Counted from the whole stretch's first letter, positions 1 to 11,106 are shown. The stretch is 22,032 bases of DNA, filler included, from Circinaria calcarea (GCA_051942165.1; 20 parts of 20 records of this genome joined end to end with filler, not necessarily neighbours in it), one strand, 5' to 3'. The notes: generated from the letters alone by a model not told the origin. Program-made: numbers and translations.

Positions 1-1015
1 ACCCGAGAAGGCAGCTCGGACGAAGACGATAGCTCCGAGGAAGGTGATAAGCCGTACGGAGACGACAAGCCATACGATGCCCATCAACGTACTGGATTCT
101 TCCAGAGCTACGTCGACTGGAGCGTTTCAAATCTCGCCGAGACAGCCTCTCAAGTAATTGCAGCTGCGCTCGAAGAAACCGATGAACTTGAAGAAACTGA
201 AGAATTCGAAGATACCAAGGAACTCGAAGACACTGAACAACTCGAAGACACCGAACAACTCGAAAACGCTGGACAACTCAAAGACACTGAACAACTCAAA
301 AACGCTGGACAACTCAAAGATGCCGAACAATTCAAAGATGTTGAACAACTTAAAGACGCCGAACAACTCAAAGGTGTTGAACAACTTAAAGATGCCGAAC
401 AAGTCGAAGACGCTCAACGACTCGTCGATGATCCAATGACTGTGGGAGCAGTTGACGAAATGCCAGCCAAAGTAGTGCAATCCAAACCCTGTCGAGCACC
501 GAAGAAAATCTACTCCACCCTCATGTCCGAAATCCCTCTCAATCCCAACGCACCTCCGCCACATAAGTACACCATATGTCAACTCATCACAACCATCCGT
601 CGCGAAAACATTGCTCTCCCGACCGAAGAACTCTTCCTAGAAGTTCCCCTCTCCGATCCACCGCCCGCCAATTTGGCCGACCTACGCAATGACGCAAAAT
701 ACATGGCTTTCCCCCGCAGCCCCCTGCCTACCAACACCGAATTTGCCGCAGAGCTGTTGAAGGAACAACGTTCAAAGGGCGACTTGCACCTCATCGGCGC
801 GCCGGCCCCTCCCACAATCCATAAGCGCAACGATTTCATCCGCTACCAAGAGAGCCTCGTCGCCTCCGCCTCGACCAACGCTCGCCCGCTCTTCCTGCGT
901 CTCCCGCCAAAGGTGCACCGCCAGATCTTCGCGCACCTCCTCGTTTCCCCGGGCCAAGTGACACCTTACCGCTACTTTGCCGACCCCGTCATCGCGCAGC
1001 TAGTCGGAAACACTC
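1..1015 (+). CDS. Partial hypothetical protein (both ends missing): acidic region, hexapeptide tandem repeats, then an F-box-like motif
   Basis: Frame +1 is open across the whole contig: TREGSSDEDDSSEE...(QLKDAE)n...MTVGAVDE... It contains FLRLPPKVHRQIFAHLLV (892-945), which resembles the fungal F-box-like consensus FLxLPxEIRxxIYxxLL. Confidence 0.7.
166..417 (+). repeat. Coding minisatellite, about 14 x 18-nt units (consensus CAACTCAAAGAYGCCGAA)
   Basis: Units translate as ALEETD, ELEETE, EFEDTK, ELEDTE, QLEDTE, QLENAG, QLKDTE, QLKNAG, QLKDAE, QFKDVE, QLKDAE, QLKGVE, QLKDAE, QVEDAQ. Confidence 0.95.
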
Positions 1016-1115
1016 NNNNNNNNNNNNNNNNNNNNNNNNNNNNNNNNNNNNNNNNNNNNTTAATTAATTAANNNNNNNNNNNNNNNNNNNNNNNNNNNNN
1101 NNNNNNNNNNNNNNN
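1016..1115. other. Artificial contig-joining spacer N44-TTAATTAATTAA-N44 (first of 19 identical copies)
   Basis: Seen directly. Other copies: 2131-2230, 3243-3342, 4355-4454, 5466-5565, 6577-6676, 7685-7784, 8793-8892, 9900-9999, 11006-11105, 12112-12211, 13216-13315, 14320-14419, 15423-15522, 16526-16625, 17628-17727, 18730-18829, 19831-19930, 20932-21031. TTAATTAATTAA places stops in all six frames. Confidence 0.99.
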
Positions 1116-1316
1116 TCCCCCTCCCCCTCCACCCGCACTCGCATCCGCAAAAAAAGCCGCGCTTATCTCCCCAGCACCACCATCACTGTTCCCTTTCCGG
1201 TTCGTTTTAGTCTTCGTCTTGGTCTTAGAAGACGGAATCGATGACTGAGCCGATGAATACCGAGGGCGGATATTGGTGGGGTAGGGTTCGTCCGAGGGGG
1301 AGCGGAAACAACACAT
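1116..1316 (-). CDS. Possible small protein, 3' truncated (MCCFRSP...poly-Gly)
   Basis: ATG in a good fungal context (CCAAATG). The frame is open to the contig edge and ends in a Gly run. No family recognised. Confidence 0.4.
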
Positions 1317-1407
1317 TTGGCTGTAAATGTAACTGTAAATGTTGGTATAGGAGGGTGCTAGTGCCGGTGATATTTGTTATTTGCTAAAGATATGGTGCGG
1401 ACACAGT

Positions 1408-1436
1408 CTTGGAAGCTTGGAAGCTTGGAAGCTTGG
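1408..1436. repeat. Short tandem repeat (CTTGGAAG) x3.6
   Basis: cttggaag cttggaag cttggaag cttgg seen directly. Confidence 0.9.
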
Positions 1437-2003
1437 GACCTTGACGCTTGAGACTTAGGAGCTTGGAGGCTCCTCGGGGAAAATTTCCGACAAGGTCGAG
1501 AGGGCAGATGGAAAGTAAGTGAACTGTGAGATTCTGGGAGTGCGGGAGTATGAAAATCGGTAATGGATTGCAGTGCAGTACAGGGAATCGAAGTCGTGGA
1601 AGGAAATGTGAACGATAGGGAACGAAAGAAGAGGGAGAAGGGCCTTTTTATATTGCAAAATGTGCTTTCTCTTTTTCAGTGCGGGGCGGAGTGGCAATCG
1701 CTCTGTCTGGAACATGGAAGACAAGATCAGAGTTGAATAGAGGTGGTGTCGAAGGCATTGACGATGAAAGAAATTTTCATGCGGCTCTAGTGGTGCGAAG
1801 ATTATGGGGCCCGAGGCATTTATAAGCATACGAGAGGGGGCTGATGCCAAGAAGGAATGCAGGCACGAGGCTGATGCTCAAACGAGTCTGACAAGCAAGT
1901 TGCCACGGGGCGAAGCAATTGAGATGGGGTGCCGTCATGACAAGTAAGGAATGGGTGACATCTAAGGTATATACAAAAAAAACTCATCACACGTATACAA
2001 CAA

Positions 2004-2129
2004 TCAAATCGTGTCATCCGCAATCTTTCCTACCCGTATCTTCGCATCCCCGCCAATAGGTTTCTTTCCGGAATCGCTCTCTTCATCACCAGTCCTTGTA
2101 ACGGCGATAGCGTCAGTTTCCTCCGGCGA
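2004..2129 (-). CDS. Possible 3' end of an unidentified gene (SPEETDAIAVTRTGDEESDSGKKPIGGDAKIRVGKIADDTI*)
   Basis: Open frame from the contig edge to TGA, hydrophilic C-tail composition, followed by a U-rich 3'UTR-like stretch. Confidence 0.4.
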   Translation of the reverse strand, partial: SPEETDAIAVTRTGDEESDSGKKPIGGDAKIRVGKIADDTI

Positions 2130-2666
2130 ANNNNNNNNNNNNNNNNNNNNNNNNNNNNNNNNNNNNNNNNNNNNTTAATTAATTAANNNNNNNNNNNNNN
2201 NNNNNNNNNNNNNNNNNNNNNNNNNNNNNNTGCCTGGTTCTAAGAGGGGTTTAAGAATGTTGCGGAGTCAAATGTGTATCTGTTATCTCCTGCCTGTCAT
2301 TCTTTTGGTCTAGTTTATGTGCCGTCTCTGTCACTCGCTTATATAATTGACCGGGCCTGGAAAACTCAACCAATTCTTGTTTTATCCACATAATTTTTCT
2401 TGGAAAAAATGGCCAATAACTTAACCGGCTGAACCTATGGCAAAATATTCGATTATAGGTGAAGCGTGCGTGTCCTACCACAAGCTCTCAATCATGGCAC
2501 AGTGCCACGTTCTTAATAGGTGCTTAGAATAGAAAACGCTGTCATTATATATGCTGACCCTATTGCTATCAGGGATGCTAGCGAGTCTATTGTCACTATT
2601 ATTCTGCTTATTATTATTTTTCTTCTAATTTTCTAAATGATTTAAAACATGTCACTTTATTATTAT

Positions 2667-2964
2667 TGTGGTGGAGCCAAGGCGACTAATGGCTGGGCGC
2701 GCATATGGAATAAGCAGGCAGGTATGGAGGATTCCTGGCTCTTACACATACACACTCCTTACACACATATAGCATAGCAGAATAGCAATCAGAAATGCAG
2801 TACTGACACCGTCCGATACCTCTGCTATATATGCACTATACTGTAGCAGCCAGTTCGTGCCATATACCCTCCAATTCGTCACTATTCAAGGCCCCGTTAC
2901 CCATTCTCGTCAGCGACTTTGCCTATACCTTAGAAGCATAGCGGAGCACCCTATATCCTAAACA
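2667..2964. mobile_element. Candidate solo LTR (298 bp, TGT...ACA)
   Basis: A GC-richer block starting TGTGG and ending AAACA, flanked on both sides by TTAT (2663-2666 and 2965-2968), embedded in AT-rich flanks, with no ORF. Confidence 0.4.
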
Positions 2965-3242
2965 TTATATTCTATATCCAGCAATATTAAGCCTATAAAT
3001 AGTTAATTTATACTTTTATTTAATTATAGTACGGTGAGTGCTGCTACACGACTATAAGGGCTCTACCCGAGAACCCCTACGAACCCTACGGGAGAACTAT
3101 ACACGGAGGTCACGAGGTATTAACTTAACGAGAAAGATTTTTTTCGCGAAATATTATATCAGAATTCTTTAATAATAAAAAATAAAATATATTAATAAAA
3201 AATATATTTAAATTTATTTTAATTATATAAAATATATTATAT
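2965..3242. mobile_element. AT/TpA-rich degenerate sequence, probably a RIP-mutated transposon relic
   Basis: 3168-3242 is purely A/T and TpA is abundant from about 2965 onward. This is typical of repeat-induced point mutation in Pezizomycotina. No element family recognised. Confidence 0.55.
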
Positions 3243-3342
3243 NNNNNNNNNNNNNNNNNNNNNNNNNNNNNNNNNNNNNNNNNNNNTTAATTAATTAANN
3301 NNNNNNNNNNNNNNNNNNNNNNNNNNNNNNNNNNNNNNNNNN

Positions 3343-3668
<326 letters not shown>

Positions 3669-4039
3669 CTTCCCTCGTGCGAACCGACTGGGCACGCGGT
3701 TTGAGTGTCTTTCACGGCGCCTTCGACCTATAGTGATGATGAGCTGTAATCTAGCTCTTGGAGATGCCCCGATGTGTTATGTTCTCGATTCATAATCTCG
3801 TACATGTAGGCTCGAGGTACTTGCAGGCAGAAGCCTGTCACGCCTGGGCAGATTCCATACTGACGCCATGGGCATACACCAGAATGCCGAGGTTGCTCCG
3901 ACTTCCAACTAACTTCTTTCATTCTACCAGTTTCCAAAATACGCTCCTGGCGCATTTTCAGGACTACCACTTTGCTGACATCTTACTCTGCCCCTGAACC
4001 CCCCTAAAGATTCCTGATCAACTTTCAGCGTTAAAGATC
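3669..4039. promoter_or_regulatory. Divergent intergenic region (371 bp) between the HST2 and COG4 start codons; probable bidirectional promoter
   Basis: Inferred from the head-to-head arrangement within one contig. Confidence 0.6.
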
Positions 4040-4354
4040 ATGAAGCGCAACAGCATCAATGGCAAGAACGCCCTCCGAAAGGCAAGTATTTCAAATGGAG
4101 AAGATAAAGAAGACTGCTGTCCAGACATCCGCCATGTTAGCTCAGTCGTTGAAATACAAGCCACCCTGGCCAAACTCAAGCAGCAGGACATGACTGTCAC
4201 AGCCCGGCTGATCAACTTGATATCTAAGCAGAAAGATCTTTCGCGAGACTTGGGAAAACTGGATTTGATGCGTGCTCATCTCGGATCTCAGGCAGTTGCT
4301 ACAAGATCCATCAGCACCAACATGCTCTCTGATGCTGCGGCAACAGCAAATCGA
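4040..4354 (+). CDS. COG4: Conserved oligomeric Golgi complex subunit 4, N-terminal part
   Basis: VTARLINLISKQKDLSRDLGKLDLMRAHLGSQAVATRSISTNMLSDAAATANR matches, from memory, the N-terminal coiled coil of filamentous-fungal Cog4. Confidence 0.85.
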
Positions 4355-4454
4355 NNNNNNNNNNNNNNNNNNNNNNNNNNNNNNNNNNNNNNNNNNNNTT
4401 AATTAATTAANNNNNNNNNNNNNNNNNNNNNNNNNNNNNNNNNNNNNNNNNNNN

Positions 4455-5465
4455 CAGCATATTGCGTGCTATAATACACCCCGGCAAATATCAGTTTGGC
4501 ATACCTCGTGAACCCTTTCCAGGTTGGATTGGGAGAGAGTAAGAGGAGGATGGGAAGGTACTTACCGAGATAGGTAAACACGCCAACGATAACAACAAGG
4601 GAGCCCAGGCCGAAACCGGCCCAGAGGCCAGGTGTCGCGGTCGCGCGGTGGGGGCGTGGAGAGAGGGGTGGAATTCCTGCTGTGGGAACGGGGGTGGATG
4701 TGGAGGACGACAACACCCGCGCCGTCGATGGTAAAGCCGGAGAAGATACCACCACCGAAGTCAGGGTCGCCGTGCTCGCATCTGCCGCTGCCGTTGCCGT
4801 TGCATGCAGGGTAAGTGTCGACGTCAGATGAATCTCCTGCGTCACGGTGCGTATCCTCGGATTCGGAACCGGATCCGGATCCGGATCCGCCCGGGAGCTG
4901 GGGCTGATGATGAGACTGTCGATGGACGTTACGGTCGTTTCGAACGTGAGGATTCTGGTTACAGTGACGATTGCGGGAGCTGAGGTTGAGGTTGCGGTTG
5001 GGGTTGGGGTTAGGATTGATGAAGGTGAAGGTGAGAGAGCGGAAATCGGAATCACTTGAAAAAAAATTTCAAGGGAATTTGGTTAGTTCGGGGTCGTTTC
5101 TTTTTTGCTTTCAAACTTTTTCCCCGCATGGGACTGCTTGGGGGGTTTTTTGGGGGTTTTCTTTGACTTACCGTCACCAGGTTCGAGACTCAGACTCGCG
5201 CTCGCGCTCACACTCTGAATTGCTGAACTCGAGCTTGAGCTCGATGCGGACGCGGAGGGGAACTTGAGCCCGAGATCACTGGAGACGGTTGTTGTCGTTT
5301 GAGGTGAAGATGGTGGTGGTGGTGGTGGTGATGGGGAGGAGGATTGGGTGGGTGGGCGTCTGTGCGTGTTTATAAAGTGCGTGTTTATTTCCAATGAGGG
5401 GGATAGGAGGGAGAGTAGCAGGGATGGGGATGGAGATGGAGATAGGGTAGCGGGAGCGGGAGCGG
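4455..5465 (-). CDS. Partial Ser/Thr/Pro-rich single-pass membrane protein; exons 5465-5172, 5054-4566, 4468-4455
   Basis: Intron 5171-5055 (GTAAGT...CTAAC...AAG) joins two S/T/P-rich frames in phase. A hydrophobic segment GLWAGFGLGSLVVIVGVFTYL follows. A second probable intron, 4565-4469 (GTAAGT...CTGAT...TAG), gives ARNML after the TM segment. Confidence 0.7.
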
Positions 5466-5565
5466 NNNNNNNNNNNNNNNNNNNNNNNNNNNNNNNNNNN
5501 NNNNNNNNNTTAATTAATTAANNNNNNNNNNNNNNNNNNNNNNNNNNNNNNNNNNNNNNNNNNNN

Positions 5566-6531
5566 CCAGCCAATGGCAAGGTCGATATCGCCCGATGGTA
5601 CAACTTTACCACGTTCGATATCGTCGGGGATCTATGCTTTGGCGAATCATTTGACGCTCTGAAGAACGAAGACTATAACTTCTGGATCGCCAACATCTTC
5701 AAAGGCGTCAAGATTGCTACTTTCTTTCTGGTTCTTAATGCTTACTCTGTCGCGGCGCCGTTGATTGCCATAATGGAGTTGTTCCCGAGCATTAAAGCGC
5801 TACAAGAGAAGCACCACAACTACAGTCGAGATAGGACCGAAAGGCGCCTGAACAAAGTGACGGATAGGCGGGACATTGCTAGGTGGGTCTTATCTAAAAA
5901 CCGTATGATCAGTACATAACCAAAGGCTAACCTCGGCAGCTATATTTTGAGACACAACGACGAGAAAGGGATGACCCGACCCGAAATAAAGGCAACGTTC
6001 GGCATCGTCCTGTTAGCCGGAAGCGAGACAACAGCTACAGTACTTAGCGGTGCTACCTTTTACCTGCTGAAGAATCCAGATGCTCTCCACAAGCTCACAG
6101 TCGAAGTCCGGAACGCTTTCTCCCAAGCCGACGAGATCACATTTAACGCCGTCGCCCGTCTCCCTTACCTCCAGGCCTGTATCCAAGAAGCCCTCAGGAT
6201 GTATCCTCCCATTCCCGGTATCTTCCCCCGACGAACCGTGCCCGAAGGCGACGTGATCAACGGGCGCTTCATCCCCGGAAATGTACGTTCATGAGAGTAT
6301 ATATATCCGCCCTTTTTCAACTTCCTTTGCAAGTATCAAATCACTGAGACTCGCGCGTGTGAGCAGATTTCGGTTGGAGTCCACCAATGGAGCACCAACA
6401 CTTGCTCTCGGAACTTCAAAGACCCGCAAAAGTACATTCCGGAACGCTGGCTCGGTGATGCCCGCTACGCCGATGATGACCGGACCGCTCTTCAGCCCTT
6501 TTCACTAGGCCCACGGAATTGTATCGGAAAG
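5566..6531 (+). CDS. Cytochrome P450, internal/C-terminal part (CYP65/Tri11-like); exons 5566-5882, 5940-6282, 6367-6531
   Basis: WYNFTTFDIVGDLCFGESF, I-helix AGSETTAT, K-helix EALR, PERW and heme-binding FSLGPRNCIG. GT-AG introns at 5883-5939 and 6283-6366, and a donor at 6532. The family assignment is less certain than the P450 call. Confidence 0.97.
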
Positions 6532-6732
6532 GTACGTACCCCCCCTTCTTTTTCCTCCATCCTCCATCTAGCCCCCNNNNNNNNNNNNNNNNNNNNNNNN
6601 NNNNNNNNNNNNNNNNNNNNTTAATTAATTAANNNNNNNNNNNNNNNNNNNNNNNNNNNNNNNNNNNNNNNNNNNNGTTGCATTGTGGGAGGGGTGGAGG
6701 ACTGATTTTGCGTCTTGTTAATGCTCGCGCAG

Positions 6733-7225
6733 GTGTCGTGACGGACCAATTCCTCGAATTTTCGGCCTCTCGAGGGAATGATCTGAGAGGGATCCCGGGC
6801 ATGAAGAATGGTTGTAAATGGTGTTTGTGTACCAATCGGTGGAAGGAAGCGATGGAGGCGGCCAAGGGACCGGATGATCCGGTCGTGCCTAGGTGAGTTA
6901 CATTCTAGTTACAGTTTCTTTCTTTACCCCTTGACGCAATTCCCCCAAAGGGTCCTCATGTTCCAAAATCTTCGTTGCTCACACCCTCCACCTATTCTTC
7001 ATTGCATCAGATCTGTTTTTTATCTATTCTCTGCACTCGAACCTTCTTTCTAACGTTGATATTAGAGTCTTCCTCCACGCAACGGACCGATCCGCCCTTG
7101 GCTCCGTCTCCCTTGCCGATCTCAAAAAATACGCCGCGGAGCAGGAGGCGCAAGGGGGTGGTGGTGGTTTAGACTCTACGATTGCGAAGACGCCGGGGGA
7201 GTCACCGGGTGTAAGGGAGGTTTGA
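6733..7225 (+). CDS. DUF2237-family protein, 3' part; exons 6733-6892 and 7066-7225
   Basis: VTDQFLEFSASRGNDL...GMKNGCKWCLCTNRWKEA...VVPR|VFLHATDRSAL matches the DUF2237 pattern (FLxFSxxxGNDL...WCLCxxRW...VxLxAT). Intron 6893-7065 has GTGAGT...CTAAC...TAG. Confidence 0.88.
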
Positions 7226-7785
7226 ATTGGTTATTGGGGTAGGGGGAAAATATGTGGGAAACAAAAGTAAGGGGAAGTAGGAGGTGGGGGGGTGGGGAAG
7301 GAGTCGAAAAATAAATGTACCTATATCCCTTCGAAAAAGAATAGACAATTTTGTTACCAACTCGATTTCTCCGGAAATATTCATAAATCAGCAAATGTCT
7401 ACGCCTTTACATGTCCCGGTTTAACCCCCCCGTCCTAAATCAACGAGAAAGATATCTCCCTGGTTTCGCCCGCTGTCCCAATATCTCCTCTCCTCTTCTC
7501 CAATCCATTTTTTCCTTGCCTAATCCTTCCCGCATAACTCCTGCACACACACCCACACCCACACCCACACCCCCTTGTCTCTCTACACGACCTTACCTTC
7601 GCTTCTCACCTTACTTTCTATACCTTCCTCCTCATCTCCTTGACCAATTTTTAATTAGGTCAGGGTGATGGGAAGGGTGGTGGTNNNNNNNNNNNNNNNN
7701 NNNNNNNNNNNNNNNNNNNNNNNNNNNNTTAATTAATTAANNNNNNNNNNNNNNNNNNNNNNNNNNNNNNNNNNNNNNNNNNNNA

Positions 7786-7944
7786 GGGGCGGAGGTGCTG
7801 GGTAGGAACGAGGAAGGGCAGACGGCAATGCAGCTTGCCACAAAGGCGACTCATTCTGAGATGATCCAGCTGCTGGAGGTGGAAGAAGAGAAGGCGAGCG
7901 AGAAGAGGGGAGGCGAAAGGCAGACACCGACTCGAACCGGGTAA
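7786..7944 (+). CDS. C-terminal end of an ankyrin-repeat protein (not in ORF track)
   Basis: GAEVLGRNEEGQTAMQLATKATHSEMIQLLE...TG* fits the ankyrin consensus GAdvnxxdxxGxTaLxlAxxxghxeivxlLl. Confidence 0.75.
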   Translation, partial: GAEVLGRNEEGQTAMQLATKATHSEMIQLLEVEEEKASEKRGGERQTPTRTG

Positions 7945-8894
7945 ACCCAAACGATAAAGATGCTGTTGCTGTAGATTTATGTGTACTGAAAGCAAAAAAA
8001 TGGGAATGAGTGAACAGTTTGTTCCTATTTTACCTTGGCTAGTAGACATGGTTTCGAGTAATGTCGAGTAAATCTTTGTTTTATTCCTCAGCATCCGGGC
8101 CTTACCTGTTAGACCCTCCCCCCAAAAAGAAACCAAAAAGGCTGATCGTCACTCCGCCCTCTCTCCTCAAAACAAGAAGATAAACCCCCGGATTTAACTT
8201 GCTACTTTCTACCTTTGGTCCTTGCTCTCTCCCCCTTAAACTTTCCGGCCCCTTAAAATCATATTTCAATTTCAGACTTCATGATTTTTTCAACTGTGAA
8301 TGTGATTTTTAACTCTCGGAACAGAATAAGATTAGAATTACTCCCTAGGCATAGGCATAAACCAAAAAAAAAGACTTTATACAGCCCCCAACTTCTAAAC
8401 AATAACAAACCCTCAAAGAGTTAGAATCACCCTACCAGCCTGTACGCCACAAATTCTGATTCTGAATTCCAAATGGCCCCCCCCCTCCAAAGCACCCCGG
8501 TTTTCCCCTGTAATAACGCCAGACGCTATGCTTTCGTATGTTGGATGCTGCATGCCTGGTAAAAATGTGCCCCAAAAGACCCCAGTGTCGGTGCTCATAC
8601 AAAGGTTATCCAATGAACCCCCGGTAAGGGGCATGCCACCTCAAATATGCAACCCCCCTGAATCGCTATGCCCAAATATTTCAAACCCACCGCAAAATGC
8701 ACATGCAAGGGAACTTTTGGAACTCGTTCACTCCCTCACTCGCTCACTCCCTCCTGATAGGCAACACCGCCTTTCCATTTCCCACCCCACCCNNNNNNNN
8801 NNNNNNNNNNNNNNNNNNNNNNNNNNNNNNNNNNNNTTAATTAATTAANNNNNNNNNNNNNNNNNNNNNNNNNNNNNNNNNNNNNNNNNNNNGA

Positions 8895-8966
8895 GTCAAG
8901 AGTGTGGATGTCAGTATCAGCCATAACGAGACTCAAGCGATTGCGGTCGCCGTGTCGAAATTCTGA
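8895..8966 (+). CDS. FAS2: Extreme C-terminus of fatty acid synthase alpha subunit (AcpS-type PPT domain)
   Basis: VKSVDVSISHNETQAIAVAVSKF* matches the fungal FAS-alpha terminal motif VSISHxxxQAxAVA. Only 23 residues are visible. Confidence 0.85.
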   Translation, partial: VKSVDVSISHNETQAIAVAVSKF

Positions 8967-11106
8967 GTGGGGCGAACAACTCGCATGGCAAGGGCGAGGC
9001 GGACCTTAATCATTCTTCTGTATTATTTTGGCAGATGGGCTTTCTAGACTGGCGCTTCCTTTTTATTGCTTCAGATGCATTCCCGTTATTTGCTAGTGGC
9101 ATGCTGGACTGTCGGGGAGCAGGTGTAGGCTGTACTCTGTACATGGCTTTTGCTGTAGATTGTACATACTATCGAATGGGGCTGAGGGGTAGTTAGATGC
9201 CTTTTTTAGAAAAAGGCCATTTGATATTCTAAAGACATTACCACCGTGTAGAGAAGTCGTGACTGTGCAGTAGGCCATCTCTCCCTGCCCGGACGCTTAA
9301 CCAAAACCCGCTAAACCGTCCGTGTAGCTGCCAAACCCTCCTTCCATCTCCATTCTCCCCTATCCTCTCCTTCGCTCGAAGAAAGATTGATTGATTGATT
9401 GAGTCGGGATGAGAATACGGTTGAGTTCGGGTTTGGGCGATCGAGAGAGAGTCATACGGAACTGATGATGGAATAGATGCATATGGATGGATGGATAGTT
9501 ATTTGATTTTTAACAACGGGGGGGATTGAAAATCGGGCGAGGAGATGAGGGGGAAGGCAAGATGTGGGGAACTCCATGGAGGAAGGGGGAAGAGAGGAAG
9601 AGAGGAAGAGAGGAAGGGAGTTCTGATACGACGTGACCAGACCAAATTAGATCCTCCCCCCCCCCTTCGATCCAGCGCCGGAGAAACTTTTTCCGCTTTG
9701 CTTTCCATCCGAGAAAAATAAATAATATCAAAATCAAAATCAAAATCACGATATCGAACGAACACGAACAAGGGGGAGGGTTGGGGCAGAGAGGGAAAGG
9801 GAACACTCCCGTCCCCACGATTGAAGAAGCGTCGGGTCCGAGGATCACCTGTAGTGCGAACAAAAACTGTTTGGGAGCTATTATCATATCGTTAAAACCN
9901 NNNNNNNNNNNNNNNNNNNNNNNNNNNNNNNNNNNNNNNNNNNTTAATTAATTAANNNNNNNNNNNNNNNNNNNNNNNNNNNNNNNNNNNNNNNNNNNNT
10001 CGAAGCCCTGGCCAGGAAATATTGATTAAGAACACTAACCGATGGTACAACAAGAACTACGACCGAGGGTGGTTGACCTTTGTCTCTTCAATAATATAAA
10101 CCCACCACGGATAAAAAGGCGCGCTTGTACACCGGGACCGGTTACAGCCTGGGCCCTCTAGCTGGAGTTGTAAATCCCCGAAAGACGGGGTATATACCGA
10201 ACCACGTATCGTGAACAAAAACCCCCGAATCGAAGGAAACGCGGCCCATGATCTAACGCCCCCAGTGGCCCCGGATACCACAGTGGGGCTTGACTTTCTC
10301 AAGACCGGTTCCGATCGACCCCGGGCTCGAGTATCTTACAGTAAACTGCGCTGAAACCGACCCTCGACATCGGGGGGCAAGGGACAAGGGGCAAGGGGCT
10401 AAGACTTTTTCCAAAAAGTATGTCGAACTAGGCACATACACGCAGAAGCACGTGTTTACGTGGGCTATTACGCGAGTAATTAACGTGGTGGAATACACAC
10501 AAAAGCGTTGTTTTTCTCTTTACGAATCCATAGACTTTTCATACTTCATATAGATTTCGCCCATACTGAAATACTACACACGAATTGCCTCACTTACTGC
10601 ATTGTGAATACGTGATACGAGACGTGCCACAGCGCCCAATTCCACCACACTTTATCGAGTATCTACAGACCTCGTAAAGTTCAACAAAGTATTTGCACCC
10701 AGATGATACAAGGGGTTTCCCAGCTTCCAGACAAACCATTGAGACTTTCCGGAATCGGCGTATATCGAAACCGGGGCACAATCGATTCTATTCTATTCTA
10801 TTTTAATCGCGGTCGCGATAATAGATACCAGATACCAGGATAGCGCCAGCATCAACGGCAAGGTACTCAAGGGCAACTAGGCAGGACAAAACTGAGAATT
10901 TGAAGTAGAAATGTAATATGTACGGTGTGGGAACCCGTGGGAACCCATAGGTGGGATGGGATACAAATGGGAAAAAGCAAAGAAAAACCATCAAGAGAGA
11001 GAAATNNNNNNNNNNNNNNNNNNNNNNNNNNNNNNNNNNNNNNNNNNNNTTAATTAATTAANNNNNNNNNNNNNNNNNNNNNNNNNNNNNNNNNNNNNNN
11101 NNNNNG

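Noticed and set aside
127..582. ORFs 127..582(-), 150..371(-) and 158..439(+) with striking periodic Phe/Cys/Asn patterns
   Set aside because: These are shadow frames of the 18-nt repeat. Frame +1 is the one open across the whole contig.
7549..7572. (ACACCC)n tract as a telomere-like repeat
   Set aside because: Short, internal and not TTAGGG; an ordinary microsatellite.
8000..8792. ORFs 8413..8634(-) and 8528..8848(+); TGTTAG as a possible LTR start
   Set aside because: No protein motifs, and no matching LTR end or TSD found.
9380..9899. Minus-strand ORFs 9499..9771 and 9510..9887 and microsatellites (GATT, ATGG, AAGAGAGG, ATCAAA)
   Set aside because: Low-complexity UTR or intergenic-like sequence. 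A possible splice acceptor near 9850 could not be tied to any protein.
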